A stretch of DNA of 64,000 nucleotides from an uncultured Thermodesulfatator sp. GTDB taxonomy: Bacteria > Desulfobacterota > Thermodesulfobacteria > Thermodesulfobacteriales > Thermodesulfobacteriaceae. The notes under the pieces were generated by a model. That model saw only the letters and a list, made by a program, of their open reading frames with translations. It had not been told where the DNA came from and did not search any database. Positions within the stretch are counted from its first letter, which is position 1. Each line of letters begins with the position of its first letter. Shown one piece after another: positions 48,884 through 58,862 of this stretch. Position numbers and translations under genes: made by a program. The DNA lies in assembly GCA_964410095.1 (NCBI GenBank), contig CAYPFL010000007.1:10952-74951 (forward strand), read 5' to 3'.

Positions 48884-49996
48884 CTATTTTTCTCTTTTTC
48901 CTTCAATAAATTCAATTACCATTTGTCTTGCAAGATAATCTGGAAATTGTTGAGGTGGATGTTTCATAGTATAGGCAGAAATAGAAATTAATGGACCACT
49001 TACCCCTCTATCTTTTGCCAATTTAGCACATCTTATTGCATCTATAGCTGAACCTGCAGAATTGGGAGAATCCTCTACCTCTAATTTGACTTCTACAGAC
49101 ATAGGAACTCCGCCAAAATGTTCTCCTTCGAGTCTTATATAAGCTATTTTTCTATCTTTTAACCATGGCACCCAATCAGAAGGTCCTATATGAATATTTT
49201 CCCATCCTATATCGTATGGTAAAAGACTTGTTACAGCTTCGGTTTTTGAAATCTTTTTAGTTTTTAAACGCGAACGCTTTAGCATATTTAAGAAATCTGT
49301 ATTCCCTCCAAAATTAAGTTGATAACTTCTTTTAAGAGGAATTCCTCTATCTACAAAAAGCTGAACCAATGTCCTATGAAGAATAGTTGCTCCAAGCTGC
49401 GACTTAATATCGTCTCCTACTGCAGGAACTCCCGCTGATTCAAATTTTTTACCCCATTCTTCATCAGAAACTATAAAAGTTGGCATAGCATTAACAAATG
49501 CTACCCCAGCTTTTAAACAAGCTTCAGCATAAAATCTTGCAGCTTTTTCTGATCCAACTGGAACATAATTTATTAAAACATCTGCATTTACTTCTTTTAA
49601 AACACTTACAACATCTTCTAATTCATCTTCTTTTTCTTCTGAAAGCACAAAAGTCTTTTCCTCTGGATAATCTTTCATATGTTCTGCTACACCATCAAGG
49701 ACTTTACCTTTCCTTACTTTTACACCAAGCTTAGGGATATCTTTATAAAATATAGCAGTACAATTAGGTGCACTAAAAACTGCTTCGGATACATCTTTTC
49801 CTACTTTTCTGGCATCTATATCCCAAACAGCTACTATTTCTATATCATAAGGTTTATAACCACCTATGTCTGGGAACATTATACCTTGGACATTATCTAT
49901 TCCCTTTTCTTTATAATAATAAATCCCCTGAATAAGAGAACTTGCACAATTCCCCAGACCTACAATAGCTAAACGGACCTTCTTATCCATACCCAC
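48884..49996 (-). CDS. ino1: myo-inositol-1-phosphate synthase
   Basis: GLGNCAS, YVPVGS, GDDIKSQLGAT, QLNFGGNTDF, EDSPNSAG. Confidence 0.95.
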   Translation of the reverse strand: MGMDKKVRLAIVGLGNCASSLIQGIYYYKEKGIDNVQGIMFPDIGGYKPYDIEIVAVWDIDARKVGKDVSEAVFSAPNCTAIFYKDIPKLGVKVRKGKVLDGVAEHMKDYPEEKTFVLSEEKEDELEDVVSVLKEVNADVLINYVPVGSEKAARFYAEACLKAGVAFVNAMPTFIVSDEEWGKKFESAGVPAVGDDIKSQLGATILHRTLVQLFVDRGIPLKRSYQLNFGGNTDFLNMLKRSRLKTKKISKTEAVTSLLPYDIGWENIHIGPSDWVPWLKDRKIAYIRLEGEHFGGVPMSVEVKLEVEDSPNSAGSAIDAIRCAKLAKDRGVSGPLISISAYTMKHPPQQFPDYLARQMVIEFIEGKREK

Positions 49997-50270
49997 CTCC
50001 TTCCAAGGAAATTTAAAAATTTAAGAAGATAAAAAATGGCTGTTTAAAATATAATACATATGCGTGTAATATCAAGATAATCTTAATTTTAATTAAAAAA
50101 TTAGGAATTTTTTCTTTTAATTCTTTTATTTTTTAGATTTTTAATAAAAATTATACTTCTTAACTTTTTAATTATTATAAAAAACTTGATATAATTACGT
50201 TCAATACTTATTTTTTATTTTCAAAAAATATCTATATAAGTCTTTAATATTTCAAAAGAGGCAAGTAAAA

Positions 50271-51569
50271 ATGCAGGCAATAATACTTGCTGCTGGTTTA
50301 GGTACAAGACTTAAATCTCAGTATAAAAATATACCTAAAGGACTTATAAAACTCGGTGGCAGAGAAATTATATACCGCACTATTTGTTTTTTAAAAAACC
50401 TCGGAATAAAAGACTTTATTCTTATTACTAATAACTCTTATTATTCATATTATGAAAATTTTTTTAAAAAAAATTTCTCTTCATCTGAAATTTCTTATCA
50501 AATTATTTTAAATCCTCATCCTGAAAGAGGTAATGGATATTCTCTTTATCTTGCTAAAAAATATATCAAAGATCCTTTTATAGTGGTGATGAGCGATCAT
50601 ATTTATGAAGAAGCATTTATAAAAAAGGCTATTAATGGTAAAGGATTAGTTATAGATAAAAAAGGATTATTTATTGAACCTACAGAAGCTACTAAAGTAC
50701 GGATAAAAAACGGATATATAGAAGATATTGGTAAAAAATTAAATAAATGGGATGGGTTTGACACAGGTTTTTTTATTCTTAATCCAGATATTTTCTCTGT
50801 AGCAGAAAATTTGGTTTCACAAAAAGAAGTTATAGAATTAAGCGATATTGTAAAACTTGCACGTCTTCCTGTAACTGAAATTTCAGGGTTTTTATGGATG
50901 GATATAGATACTCCCCAAGATCTCAAAAAAGCTCGCAAATTTTTAATTAAAATCGCTGTTAAAGGAACTGGAGATGGTATAATTTCTCGTACATTAAATA
51001 GAAAAATTTCAACAAGAATTTCTTTATATCTTGCAGATAAAATAACCCCTAATCAAGCTACACTTTTGGCATTTTTAATAGGGATCTTATCTTCTGTTGT
51101 TGCTTTTTTTCATCTACCTGCAGGTGGCTTGGTTTACCAATTAAGTTCTATTATTGATGGAGTAGATGGTGAAATCGCAAGACTTACTTTAAAAGAAAGT
51201 AAATTTGGAGGATGGCTTGATTCTCTTTTAGATAGATTTGTTGATTTTTTCTTTTTGCTTGCCTTAGCTCATTTTGTCCCTTATTCATTCTGGCCAGTTG
51301 TAGCATTTGCTATTATAGGAAGCGTTATGGTAAGTTATTCTACTGAACGGTTTAAAGCCGCTTATTCTATGGATATTTATAAAGAAATACCAAGTTTAAA
51401 ATATTTCATTGGTAAAAGAGATGAAAGAATATTTTTGATCATGATTTTTTGTTTATTAAAACAAATTAAACTTTTGTTTATTATATTAGCTATTTTAACA
51501 AATTTAAGAGTTTTCTTAACAATTCTCCTTGTAAAAAACTGGGAAGAAAAGAGAAAAAAAGCAACTTAA
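50271..51569 (+). CDS. bifunctional IPCT/DIPPS (inositol-1-P cytidylyltransferase + di-myo-inositol-phosphate-phosphate synthase)
   Basis: LAAGLGTR NTP-transferase domain fused to a CDP-alcohol phosphotransferase (DGVDGEIAR...G..LDSLLDR); divergent from ino1. Confidence 0.88.
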   Translation: MQAIILAAGLGTRLKSQYKNIPKGLIKLGGREIIYRTICFLKNLGIKDFILITNNSYYSYYENFFKKNFSSSEISYQIILNPHPERGNGYSLYLAKKYIKDPFIVVMSDHIYEEAFIKKAINGKGLVIDKKGLFIEPTEATKVRIKNGYIEDIGKKLNKWDGFDTGFFILNPDIFSVAENLVSQKEVIELSDIVKLARLPVTEISGFLWMDIDTPQDLKKARKFLIKIAVKGTGDGIISRTLNRKISTRISLYLADKITPNQATLLAFLIGILSSVVAFFHLPAGGLVYQLSSIIDGVDGEIARLTLKESKFGGWLDSLLDRFVDFFFLLALAHFVPYSFWPVVAFAIIGSVMVSYSTERFKAAYSMDIYKEIPSLKYFIGKRDERIFLIMIFCLLKQIKLLFIILAILTNLRVFLTILLVKNWEEKRKKAT

Positions 51570-51594
51570 ATCTGTTTAATTAAATCTGTTTAAT
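51567..51594. repeat. perfect 14-bp tandem duplication
   Basis: TAAATCTGTTTAAT occurs twice at the junction of two convergent genes. Confidence 0.9.
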
Positions 51595-52272
51595 AAATTC
51601 TATAATCTTTGGATATTCTTCTAAGGTTTCAACAACTATATCTGCTTTGGCCTCTTCTAATTCCTCTTTACTTACATTCCCTGTAGCTACTGCAATAGTT
51701 TTTACTCCTGCTTTTTTTCCACTTAATACATCTCTTACAGTATCACCAACAAGATATACATTTTCTAAATCTATATTGGTTTTAAATATATTTTTTGCTT
51801 TCTCAATTGCTAAAGAAACTAATACCTCTCTTTTCGGATGATCCGTTCCAAAAGCACCAAAAGAAAAAAAAGGTTTTAATTTAGTAATCTCCATTTTTAA
51901 CCAAGCTATAGGTTCTAAGTTCCCTGTTACTAATCCAAGTTTAATATTTTCATTTTTTAGATGTTCTAAAAATTCCTTTACTCCTGGCAAAATAATAAGA
52001 CCTTCATCTTTTATAAGTTTTGAAAAAAATTCAATTGTTTTTTTATAACATAAGGGCAGTTTTTCTTTAATTTCCTCCTTAGGAATATTTTTCCGTCTAA
52101 GTGCATTTATAATAATTTCAGGATCAGTAGTTCCTGGTTTATTACCTTTATTAATGTCTTCAAGAGTAAAAGGAATTTTAAAAATAGATTCTAAAGCCTT
52201 TGCAAAAGATAATTGATGAGATTTCGTACTTTTTAATAAAGTATTATCAATATCAAATAATACTATTTTCAT
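51580..52272 (-). CDS. HAD-superfamily phosphatase (PGP-like)
   Basis: FDIDNTL, VTGN, VGDTVRD. Confidence 0.9.
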   Translation of the reverse strand: MKIVLFDIDNTLLKSTKSHQLSFAKALESIFKIPFTLEDINKGNKPGTTDPEIIINALRRKNIPKEEIKEKLPLCYKKTIEFFSKLIKDEGLIILPGVKEFLEHLKNENIKLGLVTGNLEPIAWLKMEITKLKPFFSFGAFGTDHPKREVLVSLAIEKAKNIFKTNIDLENVYLVGDTVRDVLSGKKAGVKTIAVATGNVSKEELEEAKADIVVETLEEYPKIIEFIKQI

Positions 52273-52290
52273 ATTTTCCTTAAGAAATTA

Positions 52291-54699
52291 TTAAATTTTT
52301 GAATTTTCCAATACTGTTATACCACTTACATATTCTCCAGGTAAAATACTAATAATCCTAACCCCTTTTGTAGCTCTTCCTTGCGTAGGTATTTCTTTAG
52401 CTTCAATTCTTATAACCCTTCCAGAACTTGCAAATATTAAAAGTTCATTTTCATCTTTTACAATGGCTCCTCCTATAATTTTGCCTATTTTTTTATCAAT
52501 ATTATGAGCTATAATACCTTTTCCACCCCTTCCTTGAATTCTAAATTCTTTTATTTGTGTTTTTTTCCCATAACCCCTTTCAGTAATTGTAAATAAATAA
52601 CTATTTTTTGATGTTTTTAATAATTGAACAACTTCATCATCTTTTTTTAACTTTATTCCTATTACTCCTTCTGATTGTCTTTTTGTTGCACTTATATCCT
52701 TTTCACTAAAATGTAAAGACATACCATTTTTGGTAATTATTAATAAATTTTCACCCTCTTTTGTAATTACCCCGCTTTTTAAATAATCACCTTTTTTTAA
52801 ACTTATAACAGACAAACCATTTTTTCTTAAATTTTTTATCTCTGAAATTTCCAGTTTTTTAATAATTCCTCTGGCTGTACTCAATATTAAGTATCCTTCT
52901 TCTTCAGCAGGAAGTATAAAAGAAATATTTTCTTCTAATTTTGGAAGATAATTTTTAATATGCGTGCCCTTTGCAGTTTTGGTTGAAAAAGGTATATCTT
53001 TTACCTCTAAAGGATATACTTTCCCTTTTTCTGTAAAGATCCACATTTGAGAAAGAGAGTTAATTTGTAATGCATATTTTAATTTTTCATCCACACTAAA
53101 AACTAAGCTACCTTTTCCTCCTCTTTTTTGAGATGTGAAAATATCTAAAGATAGTTTTCTTATATAACCTTCTTCACTTATTAAAACTAATACCTCCTCT
53201 GAAGGTATTTCTTCTTTAGCTAAGAGTTTTTCTTCTTCTTTTTCTTCTATTATTTCTGTTTTTCTTTCGTCTCCGTATCTTTCTTTAATTTCTTTTAATT
53301 CTTCCTCAATTACAGTAATTAAAGTGGGTTCATGTGTAAGAATTTTTTCATAATATTTAATTGCTCTTTTAAGTTCCTCGTATTCTAACAAGATCTTTTC
53401 TCTCTCTAACGCAGTAAGCTTTTGAAGTCTTAAATTAAGGATTTCTTGTGCCTGAATCTCAGTAAAACCGAATTTTTTTATTAGCTTTTGTTTTGCTTCT
53501 TGAGGAGTTTTAGATTTTTTGATAAGTTCGATTATTTCATCAATATGAGAAAGGGCTTTTAAATATCCCTCTAATATATGAGCCCTATCTTTTGCTTTTT
53601 TTAATTCATACTGTGTCCTTCTTATAACTACGGTTTTTCGCCAGTTAATAAAATGTTGAAGAAGCTCTTTAAGTGATAAAACCTCAGGTTTACCTTGAAC
53701 AAGAGCAAGCATTATAATTCCAAAAGTAGTTTGCAAAGGAGTTAATTCATAAAGCTTCTTAGCAAGAGTATGCGGAGCTGTTGCCCATTCTTTTTTTAAT
53801 TCAACTACAATTCTTATACCTTCTCTATCTGATTCATCTCTTACTTCAGAAATACCTTCTATTTTTTTATCTTTTACAAGCTGTGCTATTTTTTCTACAA
53901 TTTTTGCTTTACTTACCTGATAAGGAATTTCCGTAAAAACTAATTTTATTTTATTTTTTTCCTTTTCTATCTTATATTTGGCTTTCAATTTTATTAAACC
54001 TTTTCCAGTAATATAAGCATTTTTAATTCCTTCCTTTCCAACTATATAAGCTCCTGTAGGAAAATCAGGACCTTTTATAAATCTCATAAGTTCTTCTATA
54101 GTTGAATCGGGATTTCTTAATAAATAAAGAAGAGCATCTATCACTTCTGAAAGATTATGAGGTGGGATATTTGTAGCCATTCCTACTGCAATTCCTGATG
54201 AACCATTAATCAAAAGATTGGGAATTTTTGAAGGAAGTACAAGAGGTTCTTTTAAAGTATTATCGTAATTTGGTACAAATTCTACGGTTTCTTTTTCAAT
54301 ATCCGCAAGAACTTCGTGAGAAATGCGAGCAAGCCTTACTTCAGTATATCTCATTGCTGCAGGAGCATCACCATCTATAGATCCGAAATTCCCTTGTCCA
54401 TCAACAAGTGGATAACGCATAGTAAAATCTTGAGCCATCCTTACTAATGCTTCATAAACCGGGATATCACCATGGGGATGATATTTTCCAATTACTTCAC
54501 CAACAATTCTTGCACTCTTTTTATAAGGTTTGTTCCAATCATTTCTCATTTCATACATTGCATAAAGAATCCTCCTTTGAACAGGTTTCAGACCATCTCT
54601 TACATCTGGAAGAGCTCTTCCTACAATAACACTCATTGCATAATCTAAATAAGACTCTTTAAGCTCTTCTTCTAAAGGAACTGTGATTATTTCACCCAT
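52291..54699 (-). CDS. gyrA: DNA gyrase subunit A
   Basis: [26 protein letters not shown] catalytic Tyr, GyrA-box QKRGGKG. Confidence 0.95.
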   Translation of the reverse strand: MGEIITVPLEEELKESYLDYAMSVIVGRALPDVRDGLKPVQRRILYAMYEMRNDWNKPYKKSARIVGEVIGKYHPHGDIPVYEALVRMAQDFTMRYPLVDGQGNFGSIDGDAPAAMRYTEVRLARISHEVLADIEKETVEFVPNYDNTLKEPLVLPSKIPNLLINGSSGIAVGMATNIPPHNLSEVIDALLYLLRNPDSTIEELMRFIKGPDFPTGAYIVGKEGIKNAYITGKGLIKLKAKYKIEKEKNKIKLVFTEIPYQVSKAKIVEKIAQLVKDKKIEGISEVRDESDREGIRIVVELKKEWATAPHTLAKKLYELTPLQTTFGIIMLALVQGKPEVLSLKELLQHFINWRKTVVIRRTQYELKKAKDRAHILEGYLKALSHIDEIIELIKKSKTPQEAKQKLIKKFGFTEIQAQEILNLRLQKLTALEREKILLEYEELKRAIKYYEKILTHEPTLITVIEEELKEIKERYGDERKTEIIEEKEEEKLLAKEEIPSEEVLVLISEEGYIRKLSLDIFTSQKRGGKGSLVFSVDEKLKYALQINSLSQMWIFTEKGKVYPLEVKDIPFSTKTAKGTHIKNYLPKLEENISFILPAEEEGYLILSTARGIIKKLEISEIKNLRKNGLSVISLKKGDYLKSGVITKEGENLLIITKNGMSLHFSEKDISATKRQSEGVIGIKLKKDDEVVQLLKTSKNSYLFTITERGYGKKTQIKEFRIQGRGGKGIIAHNIDKKIGKIIGGAIVKDENELLIFASSGRVIRIEAKEIPTQGRATKGVRIISILPGEYVSGITVLENSKI

Positions 54700-54703
54700 A
54701 TTT

Positions 54704-55426
54704 TTAATTCCCCTCCATTTCTTTTTTAAGAAGTTCTAAGTTTTTTAAAATAATATTTCTCACTAAGGAGGAAAGTTTATTTTTTTCTCTCAAAGTAAAA
54801 GTTCCTACATCAACAGGATGATCTATAAAAACTTTTACATTTTTGTGTTTTGTATTAAACCATATTTTCCCCTTAGGTAGAATATTTCTTGTTCCCCAAA
54901 TAGTTATAGGGACTATTTTAACTTTAGATTTTAAAGGCACTAAAAAACCACCTATTTTAAAAGGTAAAAGCTCACCTGTGGGACTCCTTGTACCTTCAGG
55001 AAATATTACTAAAGAATAACCCTGTTTTAATTTCTCAATACAGATAAGAATACTTTTTAATCCTTCCTTAGGATTTTCTCTTTCAACTGGCACATATCCT
55101 AATGCCTTTATTCCCCATCCAAAAAAGGGAATTTTAAATAAACTCTGCTTAGCTAAAAAACGAATATTATAAGGCTCTAAAATTTTTTCTAAAACTGGTA
55201 TATCCAGTTGACTTTGATGATTACTCATAAAAACATAAATCCCAGCAGGAGGCAAATTGCCTTTTACATGAATTTTTATTCCTAAAATTTTTAATAATCC
55301 TTTACACCAAACCCGAGCCCAAAAATGCCATTTTGTAATAATAGCCATTAATCCAAAAGTAGGAACAGTAATAAGACAATAAAACCACACCAATATATTT
55401 CGAAATAATTCTTCTATTTTTTGCAT
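54704..55426 (-). CDS. plsC: 1-acyl-sn-glycerol-3-phosphate acyltransferase
   Basis: NHQSQLD, FPEGTRS. Confidence 0.9.
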   Translation of the reverse strand: MQKIEELFRNILVWFYCLITVPTFGLMAIITKWHFWARVWCKGLLKILGIKIHVKGNLPPAGIYVFMSNHQSQLDIPVLEKILEPYNIRFLAKQSLFKIPFFGWGIKALGYVPVERENPKEGLKSILICIEKLKQGYSLVIFPEGTRSPTGELLPFKIGGFLVPLKSKVKIVPITIWGTRNILPKGKIWFNTKHKNVKVFIDHPVDVGTFTLREKNKLSSLVRNIILKNLELLKKEMEGN

Positions 55427-55430
55427 TTTT

Positions 55431-56084
55431 TTAATATAAAGTAAGAAAATTTTTTAGAATTATTATACCTTCTGGAAGATCATCCTTAGCAAAATCCCAA
55501 TTTAAAGGCGGTTTTTTAAATCTTTGCCAAGCTTCTAATGATGTACCAATAGATTCTGGATGAAATTGAACTCCCTCTAAGGGGTATTTTTTGTGTCTTA
55601 TACCCATTATTTCTCCATCTTCTGCCTTAGCTGAAATTTCAAAATCTGAAGATAAAGTATCTGGATCTATTGCTAATGAATGGTATCTCATTGCCGAAAA
55701 TGGATTTTTAAGACCTCTAAAAATCCCTTTACCATCGTGAAAAATTTGAGATGTTTTACCATGCATCAATCTTTTTGCCCTTATTATTTTTGCTGAAAAG
55801 GCATATCCTATACATTGATGTCCTAAACAAATTCCTAAAATTGGTACCTTCCCAGCAAAGTGTTTTACCACATCAACAGAAATACCTGCCTCCTTAGGTG
55901 TACAAGGTCCAGGAGAAATTATAATATAGGTAGGATTTAATTTTTCTATTTCTTTAATACTTATTTTATCATTTCTGTAAACAAAAATCTCGCCATTCCA
56001 TAATTTTTTTAACATTACTCCCACTAATTGAACCAAATTATAAGTAAAAGAATCATAATTATCGATTACTAAAATTTTTTTCAT
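55431..56084 (-). CDS. trpG: anthranilate synthase component II
   Basis: IDNYDSFT, SPGP, GICLGHQ, QFHPES; adjacent to trpE. Confidence 0.9.
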   Translation of the reverse strand: MKKILVIDNYDSFTYNLVQLVGVMLKKLWNGEIFVYRNDKISIKEIEKLNPTYIIISPGPCTPKEAGISVDVVKHFAGKVPILGICLGHQCIGYAFSAKIIRAKRLMHGKTSQIFHDGKGIFRGLKNPFSAMRYHSLAIDPDTLSSDFEISAKAEDGEIMGIRHKKYPLEGVQFHPESIGTSLEAWQRFKKPPLNWDFAKDDLPEGIIILKNFLTLY

Positions 56085-57574
56085 AGAAAATATCCTTTTC
56101 TGAAAAATTCTAAAGCCTTTTCCATCCCTTTTGCCTTGTTTATTGTTTCGTCGTATTCTCTTTCAGGTACCGAATCTGCAACAATACCAGCCCCAGCTTG
56201 TAAATAAAGTTTATTTCTTTTTTGAAACATAGTTCTTATAGTAATACAAAAATCCATATTTTGTGAAAAACCAAAATAACCTACAGCTCCTGCATAAGGA
56301 CCTCTTACTGTTTTTTCAAGTTCAGTAATAATTTCCATAGCTCTGATTTTAGGAGCTCCTGAAACTGTTCCAGCTGGAAATGTTGCTATAAATGTTTCAA
56401 ACATATCTTTATCCTTAGGAAGCTTTCCTCTTACTCCTGAAACAATATGCATTACATGTGAATATTTTTCTATTACCATAAGCTCATAAACTTCAACACT
56501 TCCATATTCACAAATTCTACCTATGTCATTTCTTCCAAGATCAACAAGCATAATATGTTCTGCAAGCTCTTTTTCATCGTGTTTTAAATCCTCTTCTAAA
56601 GCTTTGTCTTCTTCTTCTGTTTTCCCTCTTGGACGAGTTCCTGCAATTGGTCTTGTTTCTACAATCCCATCTTCGAGTCTTACCAATATTTCAGGTGAAG
56701 AACCTATTAAAATTTCATCTTCAAGCTTTAAATAAAATAGATAAGGTGAGGGATTAATCTTTCTCAAACCACGATAAAGTAAAAAGCTTGTATGAGGATT
56801 AAGTAAAATTTCATCCTCTAAAAAAAATCTCTGAGATAATACAATCTGAATAGCATCTCCTTGAGAAATGTAATCCTTAGCTATTTTTACATTATTGACA
56901 AAGACATCTTTTTCTATTTCAGAAGAAAAAAATAAATCTTTTTTTAAAAATGGAATCTTTATAGTAGCAATTTTTAATTTATCTAAAACTTCTTTTATTT
57001 TTTCTAAAGCTTTATCATAAATTTTGTCAGATTCAGAGTCAGTATTATAGGCTAAAGCGACAATTTTTATAGTGTGCGTAAGTCTATCATAAATAAAAAG
57101 AACTTCGGGAAACATAAAATGTAGGTCATGAAAATCAAGTATATCTTTACCTTTAGGAACACGAGGCTCAAAGAAATTTATCATTTCATAAGAAACAAAT
57201 CCTACTGCTCCGCCCCAGAATCTCGGTAATGTTTTAATTTCTGGTGTTTTATAATTTTTGATAAGTTCTCTAAGTTCAAAAAGAGGATTTTCGGTAATTT
57301 TAGTTTCCTCATTTTGTTTATTTTTAATCCAAATTTTATTTCCTTTGCTTTTAAAAATAAGAAATGGATTTAGTCCTATAAAACTATAACGTGCCCATTT
57401 TTCAGCGCCTTCTACACTTTCTAATAAGAAAATGTATTCTTGATCTTCAAAAAGTTTATAAAAGAGAGAAATAGGAGTTTCTAAATCTGCAGGAATTTCG
57501 GTATAGATAGGAACAATATTAAATTTTTCGCAAAGTTTGCAAAATTCTTCTTTAGAGGGAAAAAATCTATACAT
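56081..57574 (-). CDS. trpE: anthranilate synthase component I
   Basis: LESVEG, NPSPY, SSPE, EHIMLVDLGRND, GAPKIRAM; ATG at 57574. Confidence 0.92.
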   Translation of the reverse strand: MYRFFPSKEEFCKLCEKFNIVPIYTEIPADLETPISLFYKLFEDQEYIFLLESVEGAEKWARYSFIGLNPFLIFKSKGNKIWIKNKQNEETKITENPLFELRELIKNYKTPEIKTLPRFWGGAVGFVSYEMINFFEPRVPKGKDILDFHDLHFMFPEVLFIYDRLTHTIKIVALAYNTDSESDKIYDKALEKIKEVLDKLKIATIKIPFLKKDLFFSSEIEKDVFVNNVKIAKDYISQGDAIQIVLSQRFFLEDEILLNPHTSFLLYRGLRKINPSPYLFYLKLEDEILIGSSPEILVRLEDGIVETRPIAGTRPRGKTEEEDKALEEDLKHDEKELAEHIMLVDLGRNDIGRICEYGSVEVYELMVIEKYSHVMHIVSGVRGKLPKDKDMFETFIATFPAGTVSGAPKIRAMEIITELEKTVRGPYAGAVGYFGFSQNMDFCITIRTMFQKRNKLYLQAGAGIVADSVPEREYDETINKAKGMEKALEFFRKGYFL

Positions 57575-58862
57575 GTGTTTCTTTAAGTTTTTCAATGATT
57601 TGGTTTAATGCTATCTCTTCTTGTGCTCCGGTTTCCATGTCTTTTAAAAGTATTTTGCCTGCTTTATATTCGTCCTCTCCCAGAATTAAAACTTTTTTAA
57701 CTGAAAGTTTATCTGCTTCTCTTAATAATGCCTTAAGTTTTTTTTCTTCGTAATTTGTTTCTGTTTTAAATCCCTCTTTTCTTAAATCCTGAACTAATTT
57801 AATTCCAAAAGGAAATTGTTCTTTTCCTAAAATTGCAACAAAGATTTCAGGTTTATTTTTTTCTAACAATTCTCTTTCTTTTTGATTATTAAACACACAC
57901 AGGGACCATCTTTCAAGACCAATAGCAAATCCAATAGCTGGAAGTTCAGGTCCACCTAATTCAGAAAGCAATTTGTCGTATCTTCCTCCTGCACAAACTG
58001 TATCCTGGGCTCCGAGTTCTTTTGCTTTTATTTCAAATATAGTGCGTATATAATAATCAAGTCCTCTCACTAAATAAGGATTAATTGTATATTCAATTTT
58101 TAAATCATTCAAAACTTTCTTTAGCTCCTCAAAATGTTCTTTACACTCTTTGCACCAAAATTCACTTATTGGTTTGAGTTTCTGAACCTCTTCTTTACAA
58201 ACTTCATTTTTGCAATCAAGGATCCTTAAAGGATTTCGCTCAAGTCTTTCTTGACAAACATTACACAGTTTCTCTTTAACATTATTAAGTGCATCTATTA
58301 AATATTCTCTAAATTTTGGTCTGCATCTTTCACATCCTAAGGAATTTATTTCTAAAATAAAAGGCGATTTTTCTTGTTTATCCAAAGGTTTATTTAAGAT
58401 AAGTAAAGCCATATAAATTAATTCAGCTTCATAATAAGGATTCAAATTTCCAAAAAATTCAACATCAATTTGAAAAAATTCTCTTAACCTTCCTTTTTGA
58501 GGTCTTTCATGTCTGAACATCGGACCAATTGTAAAAAATTTTAAGGGTTTAGGCCTTGTAAATAAACCATTTTCAATAATCATTCTACAAATACCTGCAG
58601 TTGCTTCCGGACGAAGGGTTAAAAAATCTTTATTTCTATCTTGAAAAGTATAGGTTTCTTTTTGAACTATATCTGTAACTTCTCCAATAGACCTTATAAA
58701 TAATTCTGTTTTTTCTAAAATAGGGATTTTAATTTCTTTATAATTATAATTTTTTAATATTTCTTTGGCAGTTTCAATAAGATATTCATATTTTATAAAA
58801 TCTTCAGGAAGCCAATCTTTAAAACCTCTTACTGCCTGGATTTTTGATGATGATTTACTCAA
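57567..58862 (-). CDS. hisS: histidyl-tRNA synthetase
   Basis: LRPEATAG, FRHERPQKGR, LVRGLDYY, GGRYD; likely TTG start at 58862 after GGGGTG. Confidence 0.96.
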   Translation of the reverse strand: MSKSSSKIQAVRGFKDWLPEDFIKYEYLIETAKEILKNYNYKEIKIPILEKTELFIRSIGEVTDIVQKETYTFQDRNKDFLTLRPEATAGICRMIIENGLFTRPKPLKFFTIGPMFRHERPQKGRLREFFQIDVEFFGNLNPYYEAELIYMALLILNKPLDKQEKSPFILEINSLGCERCRPKFREYLIDALNNVKEKLCNVCQERLERNPLRILDCKNEVCKEEVQKLKPISEFWCKECKEHFEELKKVLNDLKIEYTINPYLVRGLDYYIRTIFEIKAKELGAQDTVCAGGRYDKLLSELGGPELPAIGFAIGLERWSLCVFNNQKERELLEKNKPEIFVAILGKEQFPFGIKLVQDLRKEGFKTETNYEEKKLKALLREADKLSVKKVLILGEDEYKAGKILLKDMETGAQEEIALNQIIEKLKETHV

